DNA from: Methanobacteriota archaeon
Lineage (GTDB): Archaea > Thermoplasmatota > Thermoplasmata > SG8-5
Reading direction: 5' to 3'
Assembly: GCA_013791785.1 (NCBI GenBank)
Contig: VMTD01000005.1
Span: 1 to 63,347, forward strand
Length of the DNA: 63,347 nucleotides
Part shown: positions 36,206-45,323 of the stretch, piece by piece
Layout of the letters: each line of letters opens with the position of its first letter
Numbering within the stretch: position 1 is the first letter of the stretch
Position numbers and translations under genes: made by a program
The notes under the pieces: generated by a model
Told to the model about the DNA's origin: nothing
Seen by the model: only the letters and a program-made list of their open reading frames with translations
The model's database searches: none

Positions 36206-36819
36206 TGAGCCAGGTTCCTGCGTCCATGAATATTGAATGCCCCGAATGTGAAGATGAAACGCTTCACAAGACCCTCAAGGGCCGCCTCGAAGGCAAGAAG
36301 CTCAAGCTCGTTCTGAAATGCAGCAAGTGCGGAAAGGTTCGCGACGAGGTATTGGAGGCCATTGGCCAAATCCAGATACGGATGATAATCAGCCGGGGCG
36401 ACGTCTCCGAGAGGACAACAGCCATGTTCCCGAATGACTGGGACTTCACGGTGGGGGATGATTTCATGCATGATGATGAACGCCTTCAGGTCACCGGCAT
36501 AGAAGTCAAGGGCGTCAGGGTGGACGGCGCAAAGGTCGGCGAGGTCCAGACGCTTTGGACCAAGAACTTCGACCAGGCCCGGGTAAAGATTTCCGTTAAC
36601 AGGAGCGGTCACACGCGTTCCATGGAGATACTCACCGACCCGGAGGCTGAATTCACTGTCGAGGCCATGATAGACGTAAACAACATTCCCATGAGAATTC
36701 ATTCGATAAAGACCACTGCCGGGCGCATACGGAGAGGCACAGTCGTTGCAAGTGATATCGTTCGAATTTATTGCACCGATACCAGGCCCAGGTCGACAGG
36801 TTACAGGCGCCGGTCGTAA
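36202..36819 (+). CDS. Uncharacterised archaeal zinc-finger protein (COG1326-like by recollection)
   Basis: N-terminal CPEC...CSKC ribbon; 205 aa. ATGA coupling to pyrF. The stop TAA lies in the terminus of hairpin element B. Confidence 0.6.
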   Translation: MMSQVPASMNIECPECEDETLHKTLKGRLEGKKLKLVLKCSKCGKVRDEVLEAIGQIQIRMIISRGDVSERTTAMFPNDWDFTVGDDFMHDDERLQVTGIEVKGVRVDGAKVGEVQTLWTKNFDQARVKISVNRSGHTRSMEILTDPEAEFTVEAMIDVNNIPMRIHSIKTTAGRIRRGTVVASDIVRIYCTDTRPRSTGYRRRS

Positions 36820-36870
36820 ATTATCAACCCCCAAAGGAACTGGCGTTTGTTGCCAGGGCTGGAAGTTTAC
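36816..36870. repeat. Hairpin element B, copy 3 (55 bp)
   Basis: GTAAATTATCAACCCCCAAAGGAACTGGCGTTTGTTGCCAGGGCTGGAAGTTTAC; reverse orientation relative to 53639-53693. Confidence 0.65.
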
Positions 36871-36917
36871 ACTATAGTTAAGCAAAATACCGGGCCCGCA
36901 ACCGTATCGTGCGTCCC

Positions 36918-37967
36918 TCACTCCGTTTTGATAAGGGCTACCACGGCAACACCCACGATGCCTATGGCGGCCAGCAATGTGATTAATCCGTCAACTCCGA
37001 AATTCGCATCCGCGGTTGTGATGGTTATGACGCTGTCCGAATTTTCCGGGATGTACACTATGACATCATACCCGTTTGCGGTCTTTACCGCGAAATAACT
37101 GGCTTCCTCGCCGGTATCCCAGAGTGTTTCGGCCATGCCGAGACCGGACTTAAGGTCCACACCGTCCAGTTTCACAGTCATGTCATCGGCAGAAACGTAT
37201 TTCAGATATGGCTCGGTCACGTGGATTACGACGGACTTTCCGGTGGCATTTCCTGTTACCTGGACCTCAACGATTTCCTCGGACGCGGTCACGGCGTACA
37301 GCCATGTGTCCCCGTAAGATACGACGTCCTCACCCACGGTCCATCCGGCGTCCAGCAGGTACATCTCGGCAGAGACCCGACCTTCGGCGACCGCGGTGCC
37401 GACCGGGCTGTCAATGCCTGTATCGGTCCTGAAAACCACACCTGAACCGGAGGGCAGGCTGAAAAGAACTTCCTGGCCGGCGATATTGGCAGTTGAACCA
37501 TCCAGCATGACAAAGATGCCGCTGACATCTTCGCTGCCGACAATGATGGAGTTGCCTCTCTTTATGGCACCCGTTCCCTGGGCCAGTTCGAACTTGAGCG
37601 TGTTCTGTTCCAGGGCATGATACTGAATGACCGTGGTGGGTGTCTCGTGTATGTCCAAACGTCCGTACCGGTCCCTGTGGGTCATGTTGGTCAATCCCTC
37701 GTAAAATTCTATTCCGGATTCATAGTTCTCTATGCCTATCCTTTCGAAAATGTCGAAGGTCATGCCGCCCCTCACCAGGGAATAGTTGGCCAGCGGGTAG
37801 GAGAAGTCCGGCATGGGCGGGTTAACTGCCAGTTCATAGGCGGAGTAATCGCTAGTTCTTGGCACATACTGGCCGGTGCCTGTGAGGAGCATCACGGAAA
37901 AAACAGCGGCGATTACAATGATTGTGGCGAATATGCCGCATTTAATTTCGACCCTCGATTTTTTCAT
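36918..37967 (-). CDS. Hypothetical surface protein with an N-terminal signal/TM and a C-terminal TM anchor
   Basis: The internal ATG gives MKKSRVEIKCGIFATIIVIAAVFSVMLL. C-terminal LITLLAAIGIVGVAVVALI. Confidence 0.6.
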   Translation of the reverse strand: MKKSRVEIKCGIFATIIVIAAVFSVMLLTGTGQYVPRTSDYSAYELAVNPPMPDFSYPLANYSLVRGGMTFDIFERIGIENYESGIEFYEGLTNMTHRDRYGRLDIHETPTTVIQYHALEQNTLKFELAQGTGAIKRGNSIIVGSEDVSGIFVMLDGSTANIAGQEVLFSLPSGSGVVFRTDTGIDSPVGTAVAEGRVSAEMYLLDAGWTVGEDVVSYGDTWLYAVTASEEIVEVQVTGNATGKSVVIHVTEPYLKYVSADDMTVKLDGVDLKSGLGMAETLWDTGEEASYFAVKTANGYDVIVYIPENSDSVITITTADANFGVDGLITLLAAIGIVGVAVVALIKTE

Positions 37968-38119
37968 AAATATCTCCGGGGAAGAATGGAGGAGGCTAAC
38001 CTCCCCCGTTTCCGGGGAAGGTTCTATTATGTGGGCAGAATAATAGATACTAACCTCTAAAACATAATAGAGTGTATCTAGTTTATATATGGTTTGGTAC
38101 AAGTGTCGAACACAGAATC

Positions 38120-38761
38120 TTAAATTATTACGTCACCGCCGAGCGCAATCGATACCACCACGCACAAAATCGCAGTAATTAAACCGACAGCCAGCATTCT
38201 CAGACCGTGCCACAGCATATTCTCCTCGGTCACCTTGGCCAGGTACATGCCCAGTATGGAAAGTATAGCCAGTGTGATGCCCAGCGAAACAATGAATGCC
38301 GCACTCATGTCAAGTATGCCGAAATGTATGAGGAAGTAAGGCGATATCACTGCAAGTGCGGCGATAGCCGGACTCAGGGCATCCACCATGGCCGTAACCT
38401 TTGTTGCGAACTTGGCCGCTTCCTTGTGCATTGAATCTTCGTCCATCGGTTTGAGCATTGCCTTCTCGATACCCTTGATCTCCTTGGTGCGCTCGGCGCT
38501 TTCTGCCATGTAGGCACCGCTGAACCCCGATATCCCCATTGCAAATGAGCCGGAAATTCCCGCGGCGATGATGATGGTAGGGGTCTCTGTTTGAGCCATT
38601 GCAGCACCTATGACAACGCCGAGCATGGTCAATGCCCCGTCAAATGCATTCATTACAAAATAACGTCTTGCGATGGTCCCCAAGTCGGAAATCTCGGCAT
38701 ACATCTTCCACCGCTCAAGGCGGGTGGTACGCTGTCTACTCCCAGGTTCTTCGTCATCCAT
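38120..38761 (-). CDS. VIT1/CCC1-family membrane protein (putative iron/manganese transporter)
   Basis: RYFVMNAFDGALTMLGVVIG and five hydrophobic segments. The first ATG is at 38761 (the ORF-track start is TTG). Confidence 0.6.
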   Translation of the reverse strand: MDDEEPGSRQRTTRLERWKMYAEISDLGTIARRYFVMNAFDGALTMLGVVIGAAMAQTETPTIIIAAGISGSFAMGISGFSGAYMAESAERTKEIKGIEKAMLKPMDEDSMHKEAAKFATKVTAMVDALSPAIAALAVISPYFLIHFGILDMSAAFIVSLGITLAILSILGMYLAKVTEENMLWHGLRMLAVGLITAILCVVVSIALGGDVII

Positions 38762-38990
38762 CTGTGTTTCCGAAGGTTTCAATGGGTGCTTGTTATTAAA
38801 ATTATCGCTGTGAAGAGTGGGGACTCGTCTGTTTTGAATGAAAATGCTATTATAATCAGTCCCAATATGCTGTCAACCGCCTTTCGTTACAGCGTCTATA
38901 AGATAGAATCAAGATTAAATACGAGAACACATATCCGTGGCTACCTCATCTGGCAATTTTAAATGTGCCAGAGAAATAGGGGGACATCAA

Positions 38991-39449
38991 ATGGCAAGAA
39001 TGCACGCACGCAAGAAGGGAAGGTCGTCATCGAAACGGCCCTTCACGACTGAGAACCCGGCATGGGTACCGCTCGGAAGCACAGAAATAGAGAACACCAT
39101 AGTGAAGCTGGCCAATGACGGCAGCAACAGCGCATTGATCGGTCTGGTGCTCAGGGACCAGTACGGCGTTCCGGATGTGAAACTCGCCACCGGCAAGAGC
39201 ATCACCGACATAATGAAAGAGAAGAACATAATGCCGAAATTGCCGGAAGATATAGGTGCCCTCCTGAAGAAGGTTATCGGCCTTAGCACGTACCTCAAGG
39301 CGAACCCCAGGGACATCCACAACAAGAGGAACCTGCACCTGCTGGAAGCCAAGATAAGACGGCTTGAGCGCTATTACAAGAACACAGGCGCCATTCCGGA
39401 ATCCTGGAAATACTCGCTGGACCGCGCCGAGCTGGAACTGAGTAGGTAA
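38991..39449 (+). CDS. rps15: 30S ribosomal protein uS15 (S13e type)
   Basis: MARMHARKKGRSSSKRP... and C-terminal EAKIRRLERYYK; 152 aa. Confidence 0.92.
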   Translation: MARMHARKKGRSSSKRPFTTENPAWVPLGSTEIENTIVKLANDGSNSALIGLVLRDQYGVPDVKLATGKSITDIMKEKNIMPKLPEDIGALLKKVIGLSTYLKANPRDIHNKRNLHLLEAKIRRLERYYKNTGAIPESWKYSLDRAELELSR

Positions 39450-39451
39450 GC

Positions 39452-40825
39452 ATGCCTGACGGCGCTCAACCCAACATGACTTTCAGCGCCTCACTTTCCA
39501 GGCGCCTTGAAGAGGCATCGGCTATCCTTAAATCTCACAAGGGCGATGTTCGCATAATTTCTCATTACGACCCAGACGGCATCGGTGCCGCAGCGGTTGC
39601 CTGTAGGATGGTTCGGAGGCTCGGTCTCGGGTTCAGAACCACACTGTCGAAGAAACTTACTGATGAGATGCTGGCGGAAATCCGTGATAAAACTCCGGAG
39701 GACCATCTCATTATTTTCACGGATATGGGCAGCAGTATGATAACTCAGCTTGAGGATTTTCCACAGAGGGTCATGGTAATCGACCACCACCAGCCAGAGA
39801 AGGAAGGCGAGAATATTGTACACCTTAACCCGCATCTCTTCGGTATTGACGGTGCCAGGGAGGCATCCGCATCCAGCTTTTTTCTGGCCCTGGCTACAAC
39901 GGTTGCTTCGGAAAACTGGGACATGATAGGTCCGGCGCTGGCAGGTGCCGTGGGTGACCGCCAGAACCTTGGTGGTTTCAAGGGGTACAATGAGGACATG
40001 GTGATTGCCGCCGCAGGAAGAGGACTTCTGAAACTGGAGAACCTTCCCAACCTGAAAGGCCAGACCGTATACGATTCTTTCATTGACTATCCGGAACCGT
40101 ATTTCAAGGGAATAACCGGCCGCAAACGGGAATCCAGCCGATTTCTGAAATGGATGGGCTTTGAAAAGGAGACCAAACTTTCCGACCTTGACGACGAGAA
40201 GAAACGTTTCCTCAATTCCATATGCGCATTGCGGCTCATCAGGCAGAACGCTACTCCCGAAGCGACTGGCGATCTCATCATAACAAGATACTGGCTGAAT
40301 TCGTGGAATATGTATGCCGATGAGCTGAGCTCGCTGTTCAACAGCTGCTCCAGGCAGGGTGAACAAACTCTCGGTCTGGCCCTGGCTCTGGGTGATGCGG
40401 GCGCGAAGGAAAAGGCCCTGGAGCATGAAAGGGCACACAGGGAGTTCATAGTACAGAACCTCAGGGAACTGGAAACCGAACCGCCGAAGGCAATGGATCA
40501 CATCCAACATTTCCGCACATCGGAGGTCAATTATGCCGGGGTACTGGCCGGTCTCGGAACTCTGTATTTCTTCGATTCATCAAGGCCGACACTGGGCATG
40601 GCCGAGAAGGGCGGCGAACTGCACCTATCCGCCAGGGCTCCGAGGGCGCTGGTGAAGGCCGGTCTGAATCTGGGATTGGCTTGCAAACAGGCGGCTGAAA
40701 AGGTGGGCGGAGCAGGAGGCGGCCACGACATCGCGGCCGGTGCCACATTTCCGGTGAAAAGCGAGGCCAAGTTCCTGAAGGAGATGGACCGGATTGTGGG
40801 GGAGCAGCTGCACCCAGAAAAATAA
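39452..40825 (+). CDS. DHH/DHHA1 phosphoesterase, archaeal RecJ/GAN (Cdc45)-like
   Basis: SHYDPDGIGAA, IIFTDMGS, VIDHHQ and GGGHDIAAGA. Confidence 0.85.
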   Translation: MPDGAQPNMTFSASLSRRLEEASAILKSHKGDVRIISHYDPDGIGAAAVACRMVRRLGLGFRTTLSKKLTDEMLAEIRDKTPEDHLIIFTDMGSSMITQLEDFPQRVMVIDHHQPEKEGENIVHLNPHLFGIDGAREASASSFFLALATTVASENWDMIGPALAGAVGDRQNLGGFKGYNEDMVIAAAGRGLLKLENLPNLKGQTVYDSFIDYPEPYFKGITGRKRESSRFLKWMGFEKETKLSDLDDEKKRFLNSICALRLIRQNATPEATGDLIITRYWLNSWNMYADELSSLFNSCSRQGEQTLGLALALGDAGAKEKALEHERAHREFIVQNLRELETEPPKAMDHIQHFRTSEVNYAGVLAGLGTLYFFDSSRPTLGMAEKGGELHLSARAPRALVKAGLNLGLACKQAAEKVGGAGGGHDIAAGATFPVKSEAKFLKEMDRIVGEQLHPEK

Positions 40826-40884
40826 GAAACAATCATTAAATATGAACTGCGATTACTTGATTCAAATAATCCCCAGGTGAACCG

Positions 40885-43800
40885 ATGAAATTACACAAAT
40901 TTGTGACAGCCCTTATCGCTTTGGCAATGCTTCTTTCCCCATTACTCATATTCGGAACTTCTTCGGCCGGCATTGCACCGCCTCCAGATGACCTAATCAA
41001 TGGCGTTCAATACATTGACGGTGACTGGGTCATTTCCGGATATGAAAACTATTCCAACGAGATAATTTATCTTACTGGGAATCTGACTGTTACCGGAACG
41101 GGTATGCTGGCTTTCGAGAATGTGACTCTTCTCATGAATAATACCAATTCCGATGGTGAGCATTTCATACTTGTCCAGGATGGCGGGACATTCTATGTCA
41201 ATGACACTGATGGAAACCCAGCCACGACCTATGACCGTTCGGTGATAACCAACAGCGAACTGGAGCCCTATGGTTATGATTTTCAGACTAATGCTACAGG
41301 AACCCTGGAGGTGCGGAACAGTGTGATCAGGCGATGCGGAATTCTCACCGGCGGGGCCGGGAAGGAAAAATCCGGCCTGATAAGTCATTCTGATTCCACG
41401 TTCATCGAGAACACCGAACTTTATTTTAATGCAAATGGCCTGGTTTCCGATTCAGCTGGCTTCAAAATGCTCAATTGCAGCATCCATGACAACCTTTTCT
41501 ATGGAATAAGGGTGCTCAATTCCACATCGCCAGCCAATCAAGTTTCTCTCATACTTTCCAATACCACCATAAACAGCAATCAGGATTCCGGAATATATGT
41601 GGAATCCGATTTCATTGACATGTCCCTGGACAACAACACCGTGGAGAACAATGGGGCCGGCGGGGTCATCGTGACATCCCACAGGAATGTCAATGGTACC
41701 TTCAGGGACAATGACATAGTTAATAATTCGAATGAGGGCGGCATAGGCATATGGGGTTCCTCGGACCTCTGCGAAATAAGGGTTGACCTTACCGGAAACA
41801 ATCTCTCCCACAATACTGGTCTGGCTCCGCTGAGGCTGGGTTTCAGGCACAATGAGATTCCAGTACATTCGGTGTGGGTCAATGCCAGTAACAATGACAT
41901 ATGGGGTGTGGGTTCCTATGACGGTCTGGTACTGATACTTGCGGTGGATTCCATTACTGCCAATTTCACAGATAATAATTTCATATCGCCATATACCCAG
42001 AACGGCTTTCACCTGGGCCAGATTTCCAAGGAATTCAATGTAAATCCATCAACCAGGGTGGTGAGGGCGGAGATTCACAACAATAATATCTCCAACCTGG
42101 CTTCCGGGGCTGTCAGGGTCTGTGCGGTGAAGGATATATTCTGCAATATGACCGGCAATCACGTATATCATCCTGACGGTGCCATGACCTGCGGCGCAGT
42201 GACCTTTGGATGGTTCAAATCGGGACTTGATTATTCCACTCCGGAGAATGCCACCATCAATTTCAAGAACAATATCATTGAGGGGCTACAAGACACTGGC
42301 GGATTGGGAATGAAAGCCATTTACAATCTCAATGCAGACGTGGAGAACAATACCATACTGGACACACACGGCATGGGCATCAAACTGGGTTGGATGGACG
42401 ATTCGGAGTATACACAGACCACAAAATTATGGAGCCGGCCCACAAGAAACGTACAGGCGAAGGTCTGCAATAACACGGTCTCGGGCAGGGGTGGGCCGGG
42501 TATCTGGTTATACTCATTGTCTGGCAGCAGGGTATATGATAATACCATATCTGCAAGGACCGGACTCCTGACCAGAAAATTGGTGGGCGCGGGAATCAGG
42601 ATACAGGATACCAACGGCGCAGCAGAAATATTCAATAATTCAGTATCCGGCTGTGAGGCCTTCGGCATCCAGTTGTATCATTCTGCGGGAGTATCGGTGC
42701 ATGACAATCTAATGAGTGCAAATACCTATGGAATGGCGTTGAATTCATTCTCAAAGCACAATGTTCTATTCAATAACATTATATTAAAATCTGCCAGTCA
42801 GTATGGGTACTATCTTACGAGTGACTCCCTTGACCATGCCATACCGGATAACAACACGGTTAATGGGGAATGGCTGAGATATTTCTATGACACGCACGGT
42901 TCCCCCGGTACACCGGTTCTGATTGAGAACCATATAATCCAGGAACCTTTGATGTCCAATCTTGGCCAGATAATATTGGCGAACAGCAGTTATGTGTCTT
43001 TGCAAAACAATGTAGCCGCGCAAGGGATGAACGGTATTTATCTCTATAATGTTGACCATTCCATGATTGCCAGAAACGATATTCAGGATAATACCTTACT
43101 GGCCACCAGTCATGGTTTACACCTGGAATCTAACACAAGCGACAATATCATCGAATCGAACAATTTCGAAAATAACTTTAATGGCATCGCTATTCTTTCT
43201 AACAGTGTCAGGAATAGATTTTGGTACAATCAGTTGAACAAATCAGATACGCAGATTGGTTTGCTGATGGGTACGGATGGCACAGTCTGGAACAATGATA
43301 TACCCCCGAACAACACTGTATGCGGGACACCAGTGAGATATTATTTCATGGAGGATGGCCTCAATCTCGCCGACATCACTGTGGCCACGCCCCTTATGAG
43401 CAATCTGGGCCAGTTCATTGTATTGGATTCATCCAATCTGAGTTTTTCAAATATAACTCTCTCTAAAGGATATTCCGGATTTTATCTGGCAAATTTACAG
43501 AATGCAACTTTCAGACGCCTGAATGCATCCGCGAACAATAATAATTTCTATTGCCGGAATTCCGGCAATATCTCCATTTTTGACTCAAAAGCCGAGGCTG
43601 GAAATATAAATCTTGAATTGGACAACGTTCAAAATCTTCATGCAGACAATGTTACACAATTAGGCGGGACGTATTCGGTTCGTTTAACATCCTCAAATGG
43701 AACCATACTTAATTCCACTTTATCAAACGCAACTCTTTACACACTGAATCTGGCCACCGGCAGCCAGCTTGAATTAGTAAATACCACATTCCACAATGCG

Positions 43801-45237
43801 ACCCTTAACTCGGATTCTGTGCTGAACGTAAGCTGGTATCTGGACTTGGCTGTTGAGTGCAACCTCCAGCCCGTTGAAAGTGCCAATGTCACTGTAACAA
43901 ACGCTTCCGGTTTTATAGCGTTCGATGGTTTGACCGCCCCGGACGGAACAATCCGTAACATCAGGCTGAAGGAGTATGAAATGACCCCCAACGGGACCGC
44001 GTTCCAGACCCCTTACAACCTGTCAGTGAGTCAGGAAACCTTGGGCGACTATACGCAATCGTTAAACATGAGCCGGACCACACATCTGGATGTGACTTTG
44101 GGGGACCTCACGGCGCCCGAGATTACCGTTGAACCAACGATAACGCCCGGCATCCTGGGTACTTCGACGGACACTGCCTGGCTCAACGTCACCATTGAGG
44201 ACACCGGAGTCTGCCCCGGCCCGATTGCCGATGCCGAATGGTTCCTGTCGACAACCATGCCCCAGATTGTGAATGGCACGGGATTTCCCATGCTGGCTTC
44301 CGACGGGATTCTGGACGGCTCGAACGAGTCCCTGACCAGCGAGATTGATATAGCCCAGTATTCCAAAGGCCCCAGGACATTCTGGGTTCATGGGAAAGAT
44401 GCCTCTGGAAACTGGTGTGGTTGGAAATCACTATCCGTTAATGTGGTCGATGATGAGGGTCCGCGCATTACTGGTACTGTATCTTATTCTCCCGCAACCG
44501 TGTCCACAAAACTGAATGAGATATGGCTCACGCTAACGCTGGACGATGCCGGACTGGGCGATTCAAAGGTGACAAACGCGGTTTGCACGGCCATTGATTC
44601 CGTTGGAATTTCATACAATCTAACATCCCTCTCGGTAACAGCGAAGGACGGCTTCCTGAACGAGATAAACGAAACCGTATCCATCAGCGTTGACATAACA
44701 GCATTACCGCATGGAATCTACGCATTTTACCTCAAGGGAACCGATGAGTTCGGGAACCTTGGGACTGAAAGGAACATCACGGTTGAGATTCTGGACGGTG
44801 ACGCGCCTGCAAAACCGCAGGGCCTGATCGTTATCGCCATGGACGGGCAGGTGGAACTGAGCTGGACACCGAACACAGAGGACGACCTTGCTGGATATAA
44901 AATCTACCGAACCATGTGGTCCGGCAGCAACTACGAATTGGTCGGCACCGTGGGTCCGAACACCACAAACTGGCAGGACAGTGGTCTGGAGAATGGAAGG
45001 TCATACTATTACGTCATCAGCGCCTTTGACGATGCCCCGACGCCTAATGTTTCCCCGTACTCCGATGAAGTGAGCGTCGATCTCAAGGGTTCTTCTGATA
45101 TTGTCGGCAGTTTCTGGTGGGTTCTGGTTTCCGCAATCCTGATAATCACCACGGTATTTGTGATATTCTTCCGCAAGTCAAGGAACAAATCACCCGACCC
45201 TCCCATCCCCGAGGATAACAACAATAAAACCGGATAA
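40885..45237 (+). CDS. Giant surface protein (1450 aa): signal peptide, long parallel beta-helix (PbH1/NosD-like) region, two copies of an unassigned ~120-aa module, FN3 and a TM anchor
   Basis: AGGTGA RBS. Many N-x-I/V-x-x-N beta-helix rungs (NNTVENNGAGGV, NNDISNLASGAV). FN3 YKIYRT...RSYYYVISAFDD. TM WWVLVSAILIITTVFVIFF. Confidence 0.85.
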   Translation: MKLHKFVTALIALAMLLSPLLIFGTSSAGIAPPPDDLINGVQYIDGDWVISGYENYSNEIIYLTGNLTVTGTGMLAFENVTLLMNNTNSDGEHFILVQDGGTFYVNDTDGNPATTYDRSVITNSELEPYGYDFQTNATGTLEVRNSVIRRCGILTGGAGKEKSGLISHSDSTFIENTELYFNANGLVSDSAGFKMLNCSIHDNLFYGIRVLNSTSPANQVSLILSNTTINSNQDSGIYVESDFIDMSLDNNTVENNGAGGVIVTSHRNVNGTFRDNDIVNNSNEGGIGIWGSSDLCEIRVDLTGNNLSHNTGLAPLRLGFRHNEIPVHSVWVNASNNDIWGVGSYDGLVLILAVDSITANFTDNNFISPYTQNGFHLGQISKEFNVNPSTRVVRAEIHNNNISNLASGAVRVCAVKDIFCNMTGNHVYHPDGAMTCGAVTFGWFKSGLDYSTPENATINFKNNIIEGLQDTGGLGMKAIYNLNADVENNTILDTHGMGIKLGWMDDSEYTQTTKLWSRPTRNVQAKVCNNTVSGRGGPGIWLYSLSGSRVYDNTISARTGLLTRKLVGAGIRIQDTNGAAEIFNNSVSGCEAFGIQLYHSAGVSVHDNLMSANTYGMALNSFSKHNVLFNNIILKSASQYGYYLTSDSLDHAIPDNNTVNGEWLRYFYDTHGSPGTPVLIENHIIQEPLMSNLGQIILANSSYVSLQNNVAAQGMNGIYLYNVDHSMIARNDIQDNTLLATSHGLHLESNTSDNIIESNNFENNFNGIAILSNSVRNRFWYNQLNKSDTQIGLLMGTDGTVWNNDIPPNNTVCGTPVRYYFMEDGLNLADITVATPLMSNLGQFIVLDSSNLSFSNITLSKGYSGFYLANLQNATFRRLNASANNNNFYCRNSGNISIFDSKAEAGNINLELDNVQNLHADNVTQLGGTYSVRLTSSNGTILNSTLSNATLYTLNLATGSQLELVNTTFHNATLNSDSVLNVSWYLDLAVECNLQPVESANVTVTNASGFIAFDGLTAPDGTIRNIRLKEYEMTPNGTAFQTPYNLSVSQETLGDYTQSLNMSRTTHLDVTLGDLTAPEITVEPTITPGILGTSTDTAWLNVTIEDTGVCPGPIADAEWFLSTTMPQIVNGTGFPMLASDGILDGSNESLTSEIDIAQYSKGPRTFWVHGKDASGNWCGWKSLSVNVVDDEGPRITGTVSYSPATVSTKLNEIWLTLTLDDAGLGDSKVTNAVCTAIDSVGISYNLTSLSVTAKDGFLNEINETVSISVDITALPHGIYAFYLKGTDEFGNLGTERNITVEILDGDAPAKPQGLIVIAMDGQVELSWTPNTEDDLAGYKIYRTMWSGSNYELVGTVGPNTTNWQDSGLENGRSYYYVISAFDDAPTPNVSPYSDEVSVDLKGSSDIVGSFWWVLVSAILIITTVFVIFFRKSRNKSPDPPIPEDNNNKTG

Positions 45238-45323
45238 TATTTTTCTGTATTATAGAATGATATATGTTTATATATTATTAACTATATCACCAGAGCACGA
45301 ACCTAAAGTTCGAGGTGAATTAA

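Noticed and set aside
36816-36878. Target-site duplications for hairpin element B
   Set aside because: The flanking 8-mers of all four copies were compared (for example CGCCGGTC versus ACTATAGT at 36816-36870) and do not match, so mobility of this family is not demonstrated.
39491-40510. 339-aa antisense ORF inside the RecJ-like gene. Similar long antisense ORFs occur at 2385-3071, 3105-3761, 15613-16437, 22004-22693, 23134-23715, 26816-27415, 31328-32035, 33707-34399, 36112-36921, 48990-49904 and 55454-56098.
   Set aside because: Each lies opposite a gene with clear family motifs. Their translations are Arg/Gly/Pro/His-rich with no motifs, as expected for open antisense frames in moderately GC-rich coding DNA.
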